A stretch of DNA of 64,000 nt from an uncultured Ruficoccus sp. (lineage in GTDB: Bacteria > Verrucomicrobiota > Verrucomicrobiia > Opitutales > Cerasicoccaceae): assembly GCA_965140785.1 (NCBI GenBank), contig OZ223481.1, forward strand, positions 672,001 to 736,000, given 5' to 3'. The translations under genes were made by a program, and so were the position numbers. Positions within the stretch are counted from its first letter, which is position 1. The number at the start of each line of letters is the position of its first letter. Of this stretch, positions 28,605-38,705 are shown piece after piece. The notes beneath the pieces are model-generated. The model worked only from the letters and a program-made list of their open reading frames with translations, did not search any database and was not told the origin of the DNA.

Positions 28605-29603
28605 TTACTGGAGCCAGCGGGTCCAGTTGGTCTGGAATTCCTCAAGGTTGCCCCGGGTGATAACGACGGGTGGGACGGTGTAGATGGACTTCTCCGGGTC
28701 CTTCTTATTATTGATCTTGTCGATCAGGAGGTTGAGCCCGAGCTTGCCCATGGCGAAGTAGTCCGTGGCGAGGACAGCCTGGACCTGGCCGCTGGCGATA
28801 AAGGGGATGACGTGCGGGTCGGCGTCCATGGCGACGCAGACTTTGGCCTGGGGCTTCCAGGGCAGGGGGCGGCCGCCGAGCAGGGGCCAGTTGCCGAGGA
28901 TGAGCCAGCCGCGCAGGTTCCGTCCGTAGTCGGCGTCGGTGACTTCCTGGATTTTGGGGAAGCTGCTACCGAAGGTCTCCTGCGTATAGTAGGGGCCGTC
29001 GATCTCGATGTCCGTGACCTCCGCCAGAGCGGCTTTGGCTCCGGCCAGCCGGAGCCGGGCCACCGGGTCGTCGGCACTGCCGGCCATGACGGCGATATTG
29101 TCGCGCACGAAGCGGAGGTTCTTGATAAAGGTTTCGGCGGCCAGACGGCCTGCGGCCTCCTCGTCGGTCATGATGCTGGCCAGACGTTTGGAGGCGATGT
29201 CGCTGCCGACGGTCACGACCGGAATGCCGTGTCTGGCCAGGAAATCGATCTCCTCGGCCACTTCGCTCGAGCTGTCCACATTGAGCAGGACCGCATGGTA
29301 GCCATCGACAAAGGCCTGGTGGATGGCCTGGCTGCGGCCCCGGGCGGAATTATCCACCGGAGAGAGATTGTCCACGGTGAGGGCGAGGTAGTACTCGTCT
29401 TCGAGCGCGGGGACAGCCTGGCGTGCGCCGGCTTCGATCGCCTTGGCGGCGGGGGATTCGCCGTGGTCGGTGATGACGGCGATCTTGTAGGTTTCCCACA
29501 CTTCGCGGGGCTTGGCCGCCAGCGTCAGTGGCAGCACGGCGAAGCCCAGCCACAGGAGCCGGGCCAGTGGTCGCAAGCGTGGGTAAAGTCGGGACGGGGT
29601 CAT
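28605..29603 (-). CDS. periplasmic sugar-binding-type protein
   Basis: Signal peptide; GIPVVTVGSD, DEEAAGRLAA, RLAGA features of the RbsB-like fold; no permease adjacent. Confidence 0.7.
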   Translation of the reverse strand: MTPSRLYPRLRPLARLLWLGFAVLPLTLAAKPREVWETYKIAVITDHGESPAAKAIEAGARQAVPALEDEYYLALTVDNLSPVDNSARGRSQAIHQAFVDGYHAVLLNVDSSSEVAEEIDFLARHGIPVVTVGSDIASKRLASIMTDEEAAGRLAAETFIKNLRFVRDNIAVMAGSADDPVARLRLAGAKAALAEVTDIEIDGPYYTQETFGSSFPKIQEVTDADYGRNLRGWLILGNWPLLGGRPLPWKPQAKVCVAMDADPHVIPFIASGQVQAVLATDYFAMGKLGLNLLIDKINNKKDPEKSIYTVPPVVITRGNLEEFQTNWTRWLQ

Positions 29604-29659
29604 CTGGTCTTTGACACCCTGCACGGGAATGCTCAGGATGAACAGTACATTAACACATT

Positions 29660-31081
29660 ATGGACCCCATCATTTCGGTTTTGTTGTTTATTTTCGGTGC
29701 AATCGTGGGCGCCGGGGTGCTCTGGGCGGTCCTGAAGAAGGCCGCCGGGGACGCTCAGGACCGGATCCGTGCCGAGGGTGAGACCGAAAAAGCCCTCCTC
29801 TCCCAATCGCTGGAGCGTGCTCAGGCGGAGCTGGAGCAGGTGCGTGGCGAGTGGCAGGCCAAGAGCGTCGAGGTGTCCCGGCTGGCCGGGGATCTGCGCG
29901 AGAGCGAGACCCGCCGCGAAGCCGAGACCCAGGCCGCTCAGGAGAAGCTGGCCGTGATTGACCAGGCTGAAAAAAAGCTCCGCGAAGCCTTTCAGGCGCT
30001 CTCCGCCGACGCCCTGCGCAGCAACAACGAGAGCTTTCTCAAACTGGCTAAAGAGTCGCTGGAGAAGTTCCAGCAGGGGGCGCAGGGGGACCTGGAAAAG
30101 CGCCAGCTCGCCATCAACCAGCTCGTCAACCCGGTCAAGGAGTCGCTGCAAAAGGTGGACGAAAAAATCCACCTCTTGGAAAAAGCGCGGGTCGCCGCCT
30201 ACGAGGGCCTGCAGGAGCAGGTGCGCGGTCTGCTCACCGCCCAGCAGCACCTCGGCACCGAGACGCACAACCTCGTGCGCGCGCTGCGCGCCCCGCAGGT
30301 CCGGGGGCGCTGGGGCGAGATGCAACTGCGCCGCTGCGTGGAGTTCGCCGGGATGGTGGCGCACTGCGATTTCACCGAGCAGGAGAATGCCAGGACCGAC
30401 GAAGACCGCCGCCTGCGTCCGGACATGATCGTGCGCCTGCCCAATGGCCGCCAGATCATCGTCGATGCCAAGATGACCTTCGACGCCTTCGGGGAGGCCA
30501 TTCTGACCGAGGACGCCGACCGTCAGGTCGAGCTTTTCCAGAAACACGCCCGCCAGGTGCGCGACCAGGTCAAAAAACTCAGCGAAAAGGCCTACTGGCG
30601 CCAGTTCGAGTCCACACCGGAGTTTGTGGTGCTTTTTCTGCCGGCGGAGTCGTTTTTCAGCGCCGCGCTCGAACACGACAGCTCGCTCATCGACTACGGC
30701 TCCGAGCAGCGCGTCATCCTGGCCACACCGACGACCCTGATCGCCCTGCTCAAGGCCGTGGCCTACGGCTGGCGGCAGGAGGAAATCGCCCGCGAGGCTC
30801 GTGCCATCAGCGAACTGGGGCGCGACCTCTACACCCGCCTGGGCACGCTCGCCGGGTATTTCGAGGAGCTGCGCAAGGGGCTTGACCGCGCCGGGGACGC
30901 CTACAACAAGGCCGTCGCCTCGATGGAGTCGCGCGTCCTCGTGACCGCCCGCAAGTTCAAGGACCTGCACGTGGCACCGGACAGTGATATTCCCGACACC
31001 CAGCCGGTGGAGAAAGTTCTGCGCGAACCCCTGGCCGACGAATTACGCCTCCCCGACGGCGGGGATGCTCCCGAGACCTAA
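29660..31081 (+). CDS. rmuC: DNA recombination protein RmuC
   Basis: RGRWGEMQL, RPDMIVRLP, IVDAK, EFVVLFLPAES, ATPTTL. Confidence 0.92.
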   Translation: MDPIISVLLFIFGAIVGAGVLWAVLKKAAGDAQDRIRAEGETEKALLSQSLERAQAELEQVRGEWQAKSVEVSRLAGDLRESETRREAETQAAQEKLAVIDQAEKKLREAFQALSADALRSNNESFLKLAKESLEKFQQGAQGDLEKRQLAINQLVNPVKESLQKVDEKIHLLEKARVAAYEGLQEQVRGLLTAQQHLGTETHNLVRALRAPQVRGRWGEMQLRRCVEFAGMVAHCDFTEQENARTDEDRRLRPDMIVRLPNGRQIIVDAKMTFDAFGEAILTEDADRQVELFQKHARQVRDQVKKLSEKAYWRQFESTPEFVVLFLPAESFFSAALEHDSSLIDYGSEQRVILATPTTLIALLKAVAYGWRQEEIAREARAISELGRDLYTRLGTLAGYFEELRKGLDRAGDAYNKAVASMESRVLVTARKFKDLHVAPDSDIPDTQPVEKVLREPLADELRLPDGGDAPET

Positions 31082-31105
31082 GGACTCTTTTCAGTTTATC
31101 CAGTG

Positions 31106-31516
31106 ATGGCCAAACGCGTACTGATTTTTATTTCATTTGTACTCTGCCTGACGATAGGAACGGCGCTTGGGGCTTACCTCGGCGCGTTGAAAGTACGGTA
31201 CGATGCCACCCAGGCCGCCCGCAATGCGGCCCGGAATTTTTTCAACACTCCGGTGTTGGGTAGCAACTACCGCGAAGGTGACCAAGTCTTCATCCGCCCG
31301 GATATCCCCCTTCCGGCAGGCTTCGTGCTCGCCGTGCCCGCGGATACGGAAAAGATACGTATTCAGGTTGGCGGACCGAGCGAGACTGTGCTTGCGTACT
31401 GCCAGCCGGTTTACGGCGAAGATAATTACGTGTTTCTCTATACAAACGGTATTGTCATAACCGGGCCAGGTACCGCGTTGACACGTGCTTCCGCGCCTGA
31501 GCTATCCGTCCGCTAG
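31106..31516 (+). CDS. hypothetical membrane-anchored protein
   Basis: N-terminal TM; fills the gap between rmuC and the Smr gene. Confidence 0.55.
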   Translation: MAKRVLIFISFVLCLTIGTALGAYLGALKVRYDATQAARNAARNFFNTPVLGSNYREGDQVFIRPDIPLPAGFVLAVPADTEKIRIQVGGPSETVLAYCQPVYGEDNYVFLYTNGIVITGPGTALTRASAPELSVR

Positions 31517-31552
31517 CTATCAAAACGCCCCTCCTAAATTTATAACCCTCTC

Positions 31553-31825
31553 ATGGACGACGACCCTGTAGAAGTACCCATCACCGATCAGCTCGACCTG
31601 CACACCTTTCGTCCGCAGGAAGTGGGCGAGCTGCTGCCCGCTTATCTGGAGGCCTGCCTCGAAAAGGGTTTTACGCGGGTGCGCATCATCCACGGCAAGG
31701 GGACCGGCACCCTTCGCGAAACCGTCCACGCCTGCCTGCGCAAGCTCGATTACGTGACCGGGTTCCGCCTGGCCGACGAGACCGCCGGCTCCTGGGGCGC
31801 AACCTGGGTCGAGTTAAAGCAGTGA
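31553..31825 (+). CDS. Smr/MutS2 C-terminal domain protein
   Basis: LDLHTF, IIHGKGTGTLR, GSWGAT. Confidence 0.9.
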   Translation: MDDDPVEVPITDQLDLHTFRPQEVGELLPAYLEACLEKGFTRVRIIHGKGTGTLRETVHACLRKLDYVTGFRLADETAGSWGATWVELKQ

Positions 31826-31855
31826 GGGTTTTCCGGGCTTACGCAGCCCGGACCT

Positions 31856-31909
31856 GCGGTGCGTGACCGCACAGGACATGGAGGGGGCGAGCCCCCGCGC
31901 CGCCAGAAC
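31856..31909 (+). repeat. REP-like intergenic repeat, copy 2
   Basis: ggtgcgtgaccgcaca-gacat shared with 38708-38729, followed by a gggggcgagccccc hairpin. Confidence 0.6.
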
Positions 31910-32047
31910 GACAGTTGTCCCTTGAATGCTCGACCAGCCAACCCGCGCAGCCCGGGGCAGGAGCCTTTTGGCTCTGATGGGGCAAATGCTGGTCCAGCCG
32001 GACCCCCATCCCGATCCGGAGGATCGAGGGTGCAGGGCATGCCCTGT

Positions 32048-32737
32048 CTAGAAGAGTTTGCCGGGGCGGGGTTTGAGCGGGAATCGGCCCAGCCAGAACT
32101 GGATCAAGAGGAAGCCGAAGACCATGCCGCCGAGGTGAGCGAAGTGGGCCACGTTGCGCATGGTACCGGTCAAGCCCATGATCAGCTCCACCGCGCCGTA
32201 GCCGATCACGAACCACCGCGCTTCTACCGGGAAGGCGATGAAGATCAGTTTCTGGCGGGGGAACATCATCCCGTAGGCCAGCAGCAGGCCGAAGACCCCG
32301 CCCGAGGCCCCGATGGTCGGGTAGCCCTTGCCGTAGGAGACGATGAGCTGGGCGATGGCCGCCCCGAAGACGCAGGCGAAGTAGTAGAAAGCGAAACGCT
32401 TCGCGCCCCAGACCCGCTCAATGACCGAGCCGAACATCCAGAAGGCGAACATGTTGAAAAACAAGTGCGTGTAACCGCCATGCAGGAAGCTGTAGCTGAA
32501 CATCTGCCAGGGGGCGAAGGGCGGCGTGTGGGAGACCATCAGTTGCCCGGCGTTGATGAAGACGATCTTATTCGTCAGTGGCCACAGGGCGAAAAGCTTC
32601 ATCAGGATGCCCTTCACCTGCGGGAGCTGCTGAAGCAAAAAAACGGCGACATTGGCCACCAGCAGGGCTTTCACCACGGGGGGAAAGCGGGAAAAGTTGG
32701 CGGGCCGGGATTCGTAATGGTAGGTCGTCTGGGTCAT
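32048..32737 (-). CDS. rhomboid family intramembrane serine protease
   Basis: HLFFNM, IGASG, AHFAHLGG. Confidence 0.92.
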   Translation of the reverse strand: MTQTTYHYESRPANFSRFPPVVKALLVANVAVFLLQQLPQVKGILMKLFALWPLTNKIVFINAGQLMVSHTPPFAPWQMFSYSFLHGGYTHLFFNMFAFWMFGSVIERVWGAKRFAFYYFACVFGAAIAQLIVSYGKGYPTIGASGGVFGLLLAYGMMFPRQKLIFIAFPVEARWFVIGYGAVELIMGLTGTMRNVAHFAHLGGMVFGFLLIQFWLGRFPLKPRPGKLF

Positions 32738-32824
32738 TAAAAGTTATCGGTACTGGATGTCCGGCGAGGCCCAAAGGTTCCATCAGCCGGCGATACAGCC
32801 GACCCTGGCAGTGCGCCGGACACG

Positions 32825-33558
32825 TTAAGTCCGGGCGTCTTTGCCCTCCCCATACCCCCATTTCGTACCGGGGTAGGCCGAAAGCGCAAACACAATGGTG
32901 GAAATAGTTACCGCCAGGCTGACAATCGCCCAGGTTTGTTCGTGGCCGGGGTACTCGATCAGGACCAGCGTAGCATAAAATAAAGCGGCCACCCCGATCG
33001 GGCCGAACCAACCGGCGAAGATCGCGTCCCGGCGCGAGAATTCCGGGATGGCGGGCCGGAGCACGAGCAGGGCGGGCAGGCGACGCAGGATGATCATGAT
33101 CGGCAGGCCGAGCCACAGGGCGGCGGGCTGGCTCTGGATGAGCCCGGCCCAGTCGGCCCAGGGCAGCATCGTGCCCAACAGCACGAACACCGGCACGATG
33201 AACAGCCGCTCCATCATGGATTGAACCCCGTGGCCAGCGCGCACATCAGCAGCATGCCGCCGCCGGTCAGGCTGAGGAAGCCCCGCAGGTGCCGCCGCAG
33301 GAAGCCGGGTGGCACGCGCATGGCCGCCGCCATCAGGGCCAGGCCGATACTGAAGCGGGCAGTCTGGTGCAGGATCCGGTACGGGTGCTCCCAGCTTAAC
33401 GGCTCAGCCCAGCCGAGCAGTTGGGGGCCGATCAGGACGCCGGCCAGAAGCGCGATCAGGGGCTCCGACAGGAGGGAGACCTCGAGGGCTCGTTTTATCA
33501 GACCCAGGCTGAGCAGTAGCAGGGCGGCACAGGCGAGTATGATGTTGATTTCATGCAT
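32825..33558 (-). pseudogene. cation:proton antiporter (CPA1-like) remnant with internal deletion
   Basis: N-terminal part (LSEPLIALLAGVLIGP) joined out of frame near 33230 to C-terminal part (GWFGPIGVAALFY); about 245 codons, well short of the ~400 aa typical of the family. Confidence 0.75.
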
Positions 33559-33637
33559 GAAGCGTCGGCGTGGCAGGCGGGCGGACGCAACGAGCCGTTA
33601 GTTTAAGCGCAAGTCATGCCTCCATCAACCCCGCGGC

Positions 33638-33841
33638 TCAGTAATGCGGGGGCTTTTCCTGGGCGGGCAGGCTCTTGTCGTCGAGCCCGTCCACGCGGCC
33701 TTTGAGCGCCTTGAACTCGCGCATAATCAGGGCCAGCCGCTCGGCCTGCTTGAGCATCTCGCGGTCCTGCTGCTCCAGGTGGCGTTCGAGATGGGCGATG
33801 CGGGCCTCCAGGTCGTGAAACCGTTCGTGGTCGGTGGACAT
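33638..33841 (-). CDS. slyX: SlyX family protein
   Basis: LEARIAHLE coiled coil and C-terminal EKPPHY. Confidence 0.88.
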   Translation of the reverse strand: MSTDHERFHDLEARIAHLERHLEQQDREMLKQAERLALIMREFKALKGRVDGLDDKSLPAQEKPPHY

Positions 33842-34025
33842 GGCACGCATCCTTGGACTTGGCATGTCCGTTGGCAACGTCACAGATAAGGATGTGACAA
33901 AATTGCTCGTGTCTTTTGGGGTGTCCCGTTGTTAGGTTTTGCGTGTGTCAATTTGGCCCACTGTTCGGCGGGTCTTTAATTCCACAAAAGGCTAATAATC
34001 AATGACCAATGACAAAAATTCCGTC

Positions 34026-34041
34026 TGGCATTCGGTATGCA
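34026..34041 (+). promoter_or_regulatory. sigma-54 -24/-12 promoter of the Hsp20 pair
   Basis: TGGCAttcggtaTGCA with GG-N10-GC spacing, about 50 nt before the ATG. Confidence 0.65.
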
Positions 34042-34090
34042 ATAGAAGGAGCGTTCACCAACTTTAACCTGAAAAGGAGGAATACACACC

Positions 34091-34510
34091 ATGAACTTCA
34101 TTACCCGTTATAATCCGTTCAACGAAGCGTTCCGTGAATTCGATCGCCTGTTTGACCTGAGCCTGCCGCGCAGCGGTGTGTGGGGCCGGGCGTTGGAGAG
34201 CGGACCCTTCAGCAATGCGCCGGCGACCGATTTCTATGAAGACCCCGACCACTACTACGTGAAAGCCGAACTGCCCGGTGTGAAAAAGGGCGACGTGAAG
34301 CTCGAGTTCGACAGCAACATGCTGACCCTCTCAGCCACCCGCACGCACAAGCAGGGCGAGAGCGAAGAAAGCTTCAGCTTCAACCGCACGGTCCGCGTGC
34401 CCGACGGCGTCAACAGCGGCGACATCAAGGCCGCCTTTGCCGACGGCATTCTGACCGTCACACTGCCCAAGGCCGAACAGGCCAAGCCGCGCCAGATCGA
34501 CGTTCACTAA
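34091..34510 (+). CDS. Hsp20/alpha-crystallin small heat shock protein
   Basis: AELPGV, FNRTVRVP, DGILTVTLPK, C-terminal IDV; AGGAGG RBS. Confidence 0.92.
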   Translation: MNFITRYNPFNEAFREFDRLFDLSLPRSGVWGRALESGPFSNAPATDFYEDPDHYYVKAELPGVKKGDVKLEFDSNMLTLSATRTHKQGESEESFSFNRTVRVPDGVNSGDIKAAFADGILTVTLPKAEQAKPRQIDVH

Positions 34511-34604
34511 AACAAAAAACTTCCGAGACCGGGCGCTACGTGCGCCCGCCCGATCAACCCAAACCATTTAACCACCAATCACTTAAAAAAGGAGAACCCT
34601 CACC

Positions 34605-34991
34605 ATGAAATGCGATATTGAAAAACGTGAAGACCAGACCCCTGTCCAGACCGCCCAGCGCCAGAGCACCCGCAAGCCCTGGTTCACCACCTCGGAGTCC
34701 GAGGACGGTTACCTGGTCGAGGTCTATGTGCCGGGTGTGAACAAGAGCGGCGTCGAAATCGGCTTCGAAGACGACACCCTCGACATCCGCGCCCACCGGA
34801 CGGACACCCAGACGCCGGAAGGCTGGAAGGCCCTGCGCCGGGAAATCCCCCGTGAGGACTACCACCTGCGCCTGCACCTGAACGTGCCGGTTGACACGGC
34901 CAGGATCCAGGCCCGCGTCGAGGACGGCGTCCTCACGCTTGAGTTGCCCAAGGCCGAAGAAGCCAAGCCGCGCAAGATTTCCGTGAGCTGA
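34605..34991 (+). CDS. Hsp20/alpha-crystallin small heat shock protein
   Basis: VPGV, DGVLTLELPKAEEAKPRKISV. Confidence 0.9.
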   Translation: MKCDIEKREDQTPVQTAQRQSTRKPWFTTSESEDGYLVEVYVPGVNKSGVEIGFEDDTLDIRAHRTDTQTPEGWKALRREIPREDYHLRLHLNVPVDTARIQARVEDGVLTLELPKAEEAKPRKISVS

Positions 34992-35121
34992 TCACGGGAG
35001 CGGTTTTTTTTGAGAAAAATTGTGAGTTTAGGCATAGCGAATGGAATAAATCAGGAAGGTGCGCGCTCTTACTTTCGTAGCAGACAATCCTAGCAGTAAG
35101 TAAGTAGCAGCACATCAGCGG

Positions 35122-35156
35122 CCGGGCCCCCTCCAGTGAGGGGGCCCGGTTATTTT
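35122..35156 (+). terminator. strong hairpin/terminator
   Basis: ccgggccccct...agggggcccgg-ttatttt. Confidence 0.7.
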
Positions 35157-35176
35157 GCAGGGTTTGCCTGCACCCT

Positions 35177-35234
35177 GGGTGCTTCGCACCTGGATGAGGC
35201 TCTGCCCCATCGCAGCCAGACGGGCCGCTGCCCC
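35177..35234 (+). repeat. REP-like intergenic repeat, degenerate copy 3
   Basis: gaggctctgccccatcgcagccagacgggccgctgcccc aligns with the copy at 38733-38771. Confidence 0.45.
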
Positions 35235-35356
35235 GGGGGGCATGATGAGACCGGATATGAAGGGCTGGCCGGAAGCGGCCACCCGCCGTTACGCGGCCTT
35301 TCGCACGCTCCGCAGCTGACGCGGCCGCTATCGGGGGGGTAGGATCGACGGACCTT

Positions 35357-36001
35357 TTAGCGGCCTTTAGTCCGCCGGAATCTCCGCCAGCTCAGGGTGA
35401 TGAGCAAGGCCCCGGCGGCGAAAGTCGCGGCGTAGGTGGTCGGTTCGGGGACCACTACCTGCTGGTGCCCTTGCCAACGGCCTCCGTCGACGTTGAAAGC
35501 CGCTCCGCTTCCCCAGATCAGGACGAGCCGATCGATACCGCTGAGGTTGAACAAATCGTAATTTTCGTTATAGAAATGCAGGGTGTAGTCGGTCGTCCCG
35601 GTGCTGACCGGGCCCACCGCGTCGCCCACGGAGATCGTTCCGACGTTCAACCAGGGATATTGGCCGTCAAAGCCGGTGCTGTCCACCAGGCTCTCGCCGA
35701 TGTTGAAGTTCGGCTCATCCACGCTGTACGACGACTCGATCACGTAATTGACAAGGTCGTTACTACTGTCCACGGCCGCGATGTAAATCTTGTCGGTCTC
35801 TTCCTTCGGGGGCGTCCCGAACTGATCCCCGATCACGATGCTTCCGGCGCTTATGGTGATGCTCAGGGAGCGGGCGTTAAACTCGTTGATGGTAAAGCTG
35901 ACCTGCGCGTGCACCGCGGTCGCGAAGGCTAACACCCCAAGCAGGAGCGAGGCACGCTTCCAGGTTTTGAAGGAAAGACAATGCGACGGTTTTTGTGGCA
36001 T
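35357..36001 (-). CDS. PEP-CTERM sorting domain protein
   Basis: Signal peptide (..AFATAVHA); VPEPTTYAATFAAGALLITLSWRRFRR. Confidence 0.85.
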   Translation of the reverse strand: MPQKPSHCLSFKTWKRASLLLGVLAFATAVHAQVSFTINEFNARSLSITISAGSIVIGDQFGTPPKEETDKIYIAAVDSSNDLVNYVIESSYSVDEPNFNIGESLVDSTGFDGQYPWLNVGTISVGDAVGPVSTGTTDYTLHFYNENYDLFNLSGIDRLVLIWGSGAAFNVDGGRWQGHQQVVVPEPTTYAATFAAGALLITLSWRRFRRTKGR

Positions 36002-36046
36002 AATGATAAATAAAACTAATAAAGATGATTAAATTTCACAATAATG

Positions 36047-36061
36047 AGCAATTCACTTGCA
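36047..36061. promoter_or_regulatory. putative Zur-type operator
   Basis: AGCAAttcacTTGCA 45 nt upstream of the PEP-CTERM start; nearly identical to the site before znuA. Confidence 0.5.
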
Positions 36062-36173
36062 AAGACTAGCCTAAAAGAGTGGGGCCGCAGGATTTAGCTG
36101 CCGGTCACAAATCGCTCGCCCCCCGTCATTCGGGCTTGTCGCGGGGGCGGCGGTGGTTTGCGCTGGGGCTTTT

Positions 36174-38705
36174 ATGGCGAGAACCCACTTACCGATCGAA
36201 GAACTGCGGGCGGACCTGGCCGCGGCTTTGCGCGCGGGCAACCGCGCGGTGCTCTCGGCGCCGACCGGTTCGGGCAAGTCCACCCAGGTGCCCCAGATGT
36301 TGATCGACGAGGGGCTGGTGCCGGAAGGGCGCGAGGTCATCGTCCTGCAACCGCGGCGGCTGGCCGCCCGCATGCTGGCCCGGCGCGTGGCCGAGGAGCG
36401 CGGGGTGCAGCTGGGCGGCGAGGTCGGCTTTCACATCCGGTTCGACCGGGTGTTCGGGGCGGACACGCGAATCAAGTTCGTGACCGAGGGCATCCTGCTG
36501 CGCATGATGCTGAGCGACCCCGAGCTCAAGAGCGTGGGCGCGGTTGTCTTTGACGAGTTTCACGAGCGTCACCTGCACGGTGACCTCGGCATCGCCATGG
36601 TGCGGCAGCTTCAGGAAAAATCCCGTCCCGACCTGCACATGGTTGTCATGTCGGCCACCCTGGAGACCGGCCAGCTCTCCGGGTACCTGGGCGACTGTCC
36701 GATTCTCAAGGCCGAGGGGCGGCTCTTCCCCATCGAGGTCCAGTACGCCGGTTCCGGCGGGGACGCGCCCGTGTGGGAACGCGCGGCCCAGCAGACGGCG
36801 AAGCTGATGCAGGATTTGCCGGAGGGGGATGTTTTGATTTTCATGCCCGGGGCCTACGAGATCCGCCGCACAGTGGAGGAGCTTCAGAGCACCCGTTCGC
36901 TGCGGGAGTGCGTGGTCCTGCCCCTGCACGGTGAGCTGCCCCCGACCGAGCAGGACGCCGCCGTGGCCCGCTATGACAAGCGTAAGATCGTGGTCGCGAC
37001 CAATGTGGCCGAAACTTCGCTCACCATCGACGGCGTCCGGGGCGTGGTCGATGCCGGGCTGGCGCGGGTGGCGCGTTTCGATCCGCACCGGGGCATCAAC
37101 ACGCTTTTGATCGAAAAGATCAGCCAGGCCTCTGCCGAGCAGCGGGCCGGGCGGGCGGGGCGTACCGCGCCGGGCGTTTGCCTGCGGCTGTGGACGCAGA
37201 AGGAGCACGAGCACCGCCCGCCGCGTGAGCTGTCCGAGATTCGCCGGGTCGATCTGGCCGAGACGGTGCTCACCCTCAAGCTGGCCGGTTACGCCGACCT
37301 GGGAGCCTTTCCCTGGTTCGAGCCGCCGGAGGAGAAATCGTTCCGTCGGGCGCTGACGCTGTTGCAGGACCTGGGCGCGCTGGACCACGCGGGCGGGCTG
37401 ACCGAGATGGGCCGCCGGATGGCCTCCTTCCCCATGCACCCGCGCTACGCACGGCTCTTTCTGGCCGCTGACGAGCTGGGCTGCGTCTGGCACGTGGCGG
37501 TGATCGCCGCGCTGGCTCAGGGGCGCAACCTGCTCCTGCCCATCGATAACAAGCGTCGCCGCGAGGAGCGTGAGGACTTGCTGGGCGAAACCGAGTCCGA
37601 CTTTTTCCACCTGCTGCGGGCCTGGGGCATGGCGCGCAAGCAAAACTACAACATGGGCTTCTGCCGCCAGTGGGGGCTTCACGCCGGGGCTGCCCGCGAG
37701 GCCGAGCGCGGCGCCCAGCAGTTTTTACGCCTGGCGAAGGCCCAGGGGTTGACCGTAAACGAAGGCCCCCTTGATGACGAGGCGGTGCGCCGCTGCCTGC
37801 TGCTGGCCTTTTCCGACCAGTTGGCCAAACGGCTCGACCGCGGTACGCTCCGGTGCGACCTCGTGCACGGGCGACGGGGCGAACTGCGCCGCCACAGTGC
37901 GCTGCGTGACGCGCCCCTCTTCGTGGCCGCCGAGATCGACGAGATCGAGGCCCGCGGCGACGTCACGGTTTTCCTCTCGCTGGCCACGGCGGTGGAGGAG
38001 GACTGGCTGCGGGAGTATTTCCCGGAGGACTTCAACGCGAGCGGCGAGACCTTTTACGACGCCGACTTCAAGCGCGTCGAGTGCCGCCGGCTGACGCGCT
38101 TCCGCGACCTCCTGCTCGCCAGCGGCGAGGGTGACGAGCCCGATCCCGACACCGCCGCCCGCCTCCTGGCCGCCGAGATCCACGCCGGGCGTCTCCCGCT
38201 CAAAAGTTGGGACAGCGGCATCGAACGCTGGATCGCGAGGGTGAACTTCGCCGCCGTGCACTGCCCGGAGCTCGATATCGAACCCCTCGACGAAGAGGGC
38301 CGCCTCATGATCCTGGAACAGATCTGCCACGGGGCCGTCAGCGCGAAGGAACTGCGCGAGGTGCAGGCGCGGCCCTACGTGTACGACTGGTTGACGCAGG
38401 AGCAGCGTGCCGCGCTGGAGACGCTTGTGCCCGAGAGCATCGTGCTGCCGCGCCGCCGCCGGTCCGTCACCCTCCGCTACGAGGACGACCGGGCGATTGT
38501 GTCGAGCAAGTTGCAGGACTTTTACGATGTGCCGCACCAGCAGCTTACCATCTGCGCCGGTCGCTACCCGCTGGTGGTCGAGTTACTCGCCCCCAATGGC
38601 CGTCCCGCCCAGCTCACCACCGACCTCGACGCCTTTTGGGAAACCTCCTACGAGGGCGTGAAAAAAGAACTGCGCGGCCGCTACCCCAAGCACGAATGGC
38701 GCTAG
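36174..38705 (+). CDS. hrpB: ATP-dependent helicase HrpB
   Basis: APTGSGKST, DEFH, MSAT, QRAGRAGR, C-terminal RGRYPKHEW. Confidence 0.93.
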   Translation: MARTHLPIEELRADLAAALRAGNRAVLSAPTGSGKSTQVPQMLIDEGLVPEGREVIVLQPRRLAARMLARRVAEERGVQLGGEVGFHIRFDRVFGADTRIKFVTEGILLRMMLSDPELKSVGAVVFDEFHERHLHGDLGIAMVRQLQEKSRPDLHMVVMSATLETGQLSGYLGDCPILKAEGRLFPIEVQYAGSGGDAPVWERAAQQTAKLMQDLPEGDVLIFMPGAYEIRRTVEELQSTRSLRECVVLPLHGELPPTEQDAAVARYDKRKIVVATNVAETSLTIDGVRGVVDAGLARVARFDPHRGINTLLIEKISQASAEQRAGRAGRTAPGVCLRLWTQKEHEHRPPRELSEIRRVDLAETVLTLKLAGYADLGAFPWFEPPEEKSFRRALTLLQDLGALDHAGGLTEMGRRMASFPMHPRYARLFLAADELGCVWHVAVIAALAQGRNLLLPIDNKRRREEREDLLGETESDFFHLLRAWGMARKQNYNMGFCRQWGLHAGAAREAERGAQQFLRLAKAQGLTVNEGPLDDEAVRRCLLLAFSDQLAKRLDRGTLRCDLVHGRRGELRRHSALRDAPLFVAAEIDEIEARGDVTVFLSLATAVEEDWLREYFPEDFNASGETFYDADFKRVECRRLTRFRDLLLASGEGDEPDPDTAARLLAAEIHAGRLPLKSWDSGIERWIARVNFAAVHCPELDIEPLDEEGRLMILEQICHGAVSAKELREVQARPYVYDWLTQEQRAALETLVPESIVLPRRRRSVTLRYEDDRAIVSSKLQDFYDVPHQQLTICAGRYPLVVELLAPNGRPAQLTTDLDAFWETSYEGVKKELRGRYPKHEWR

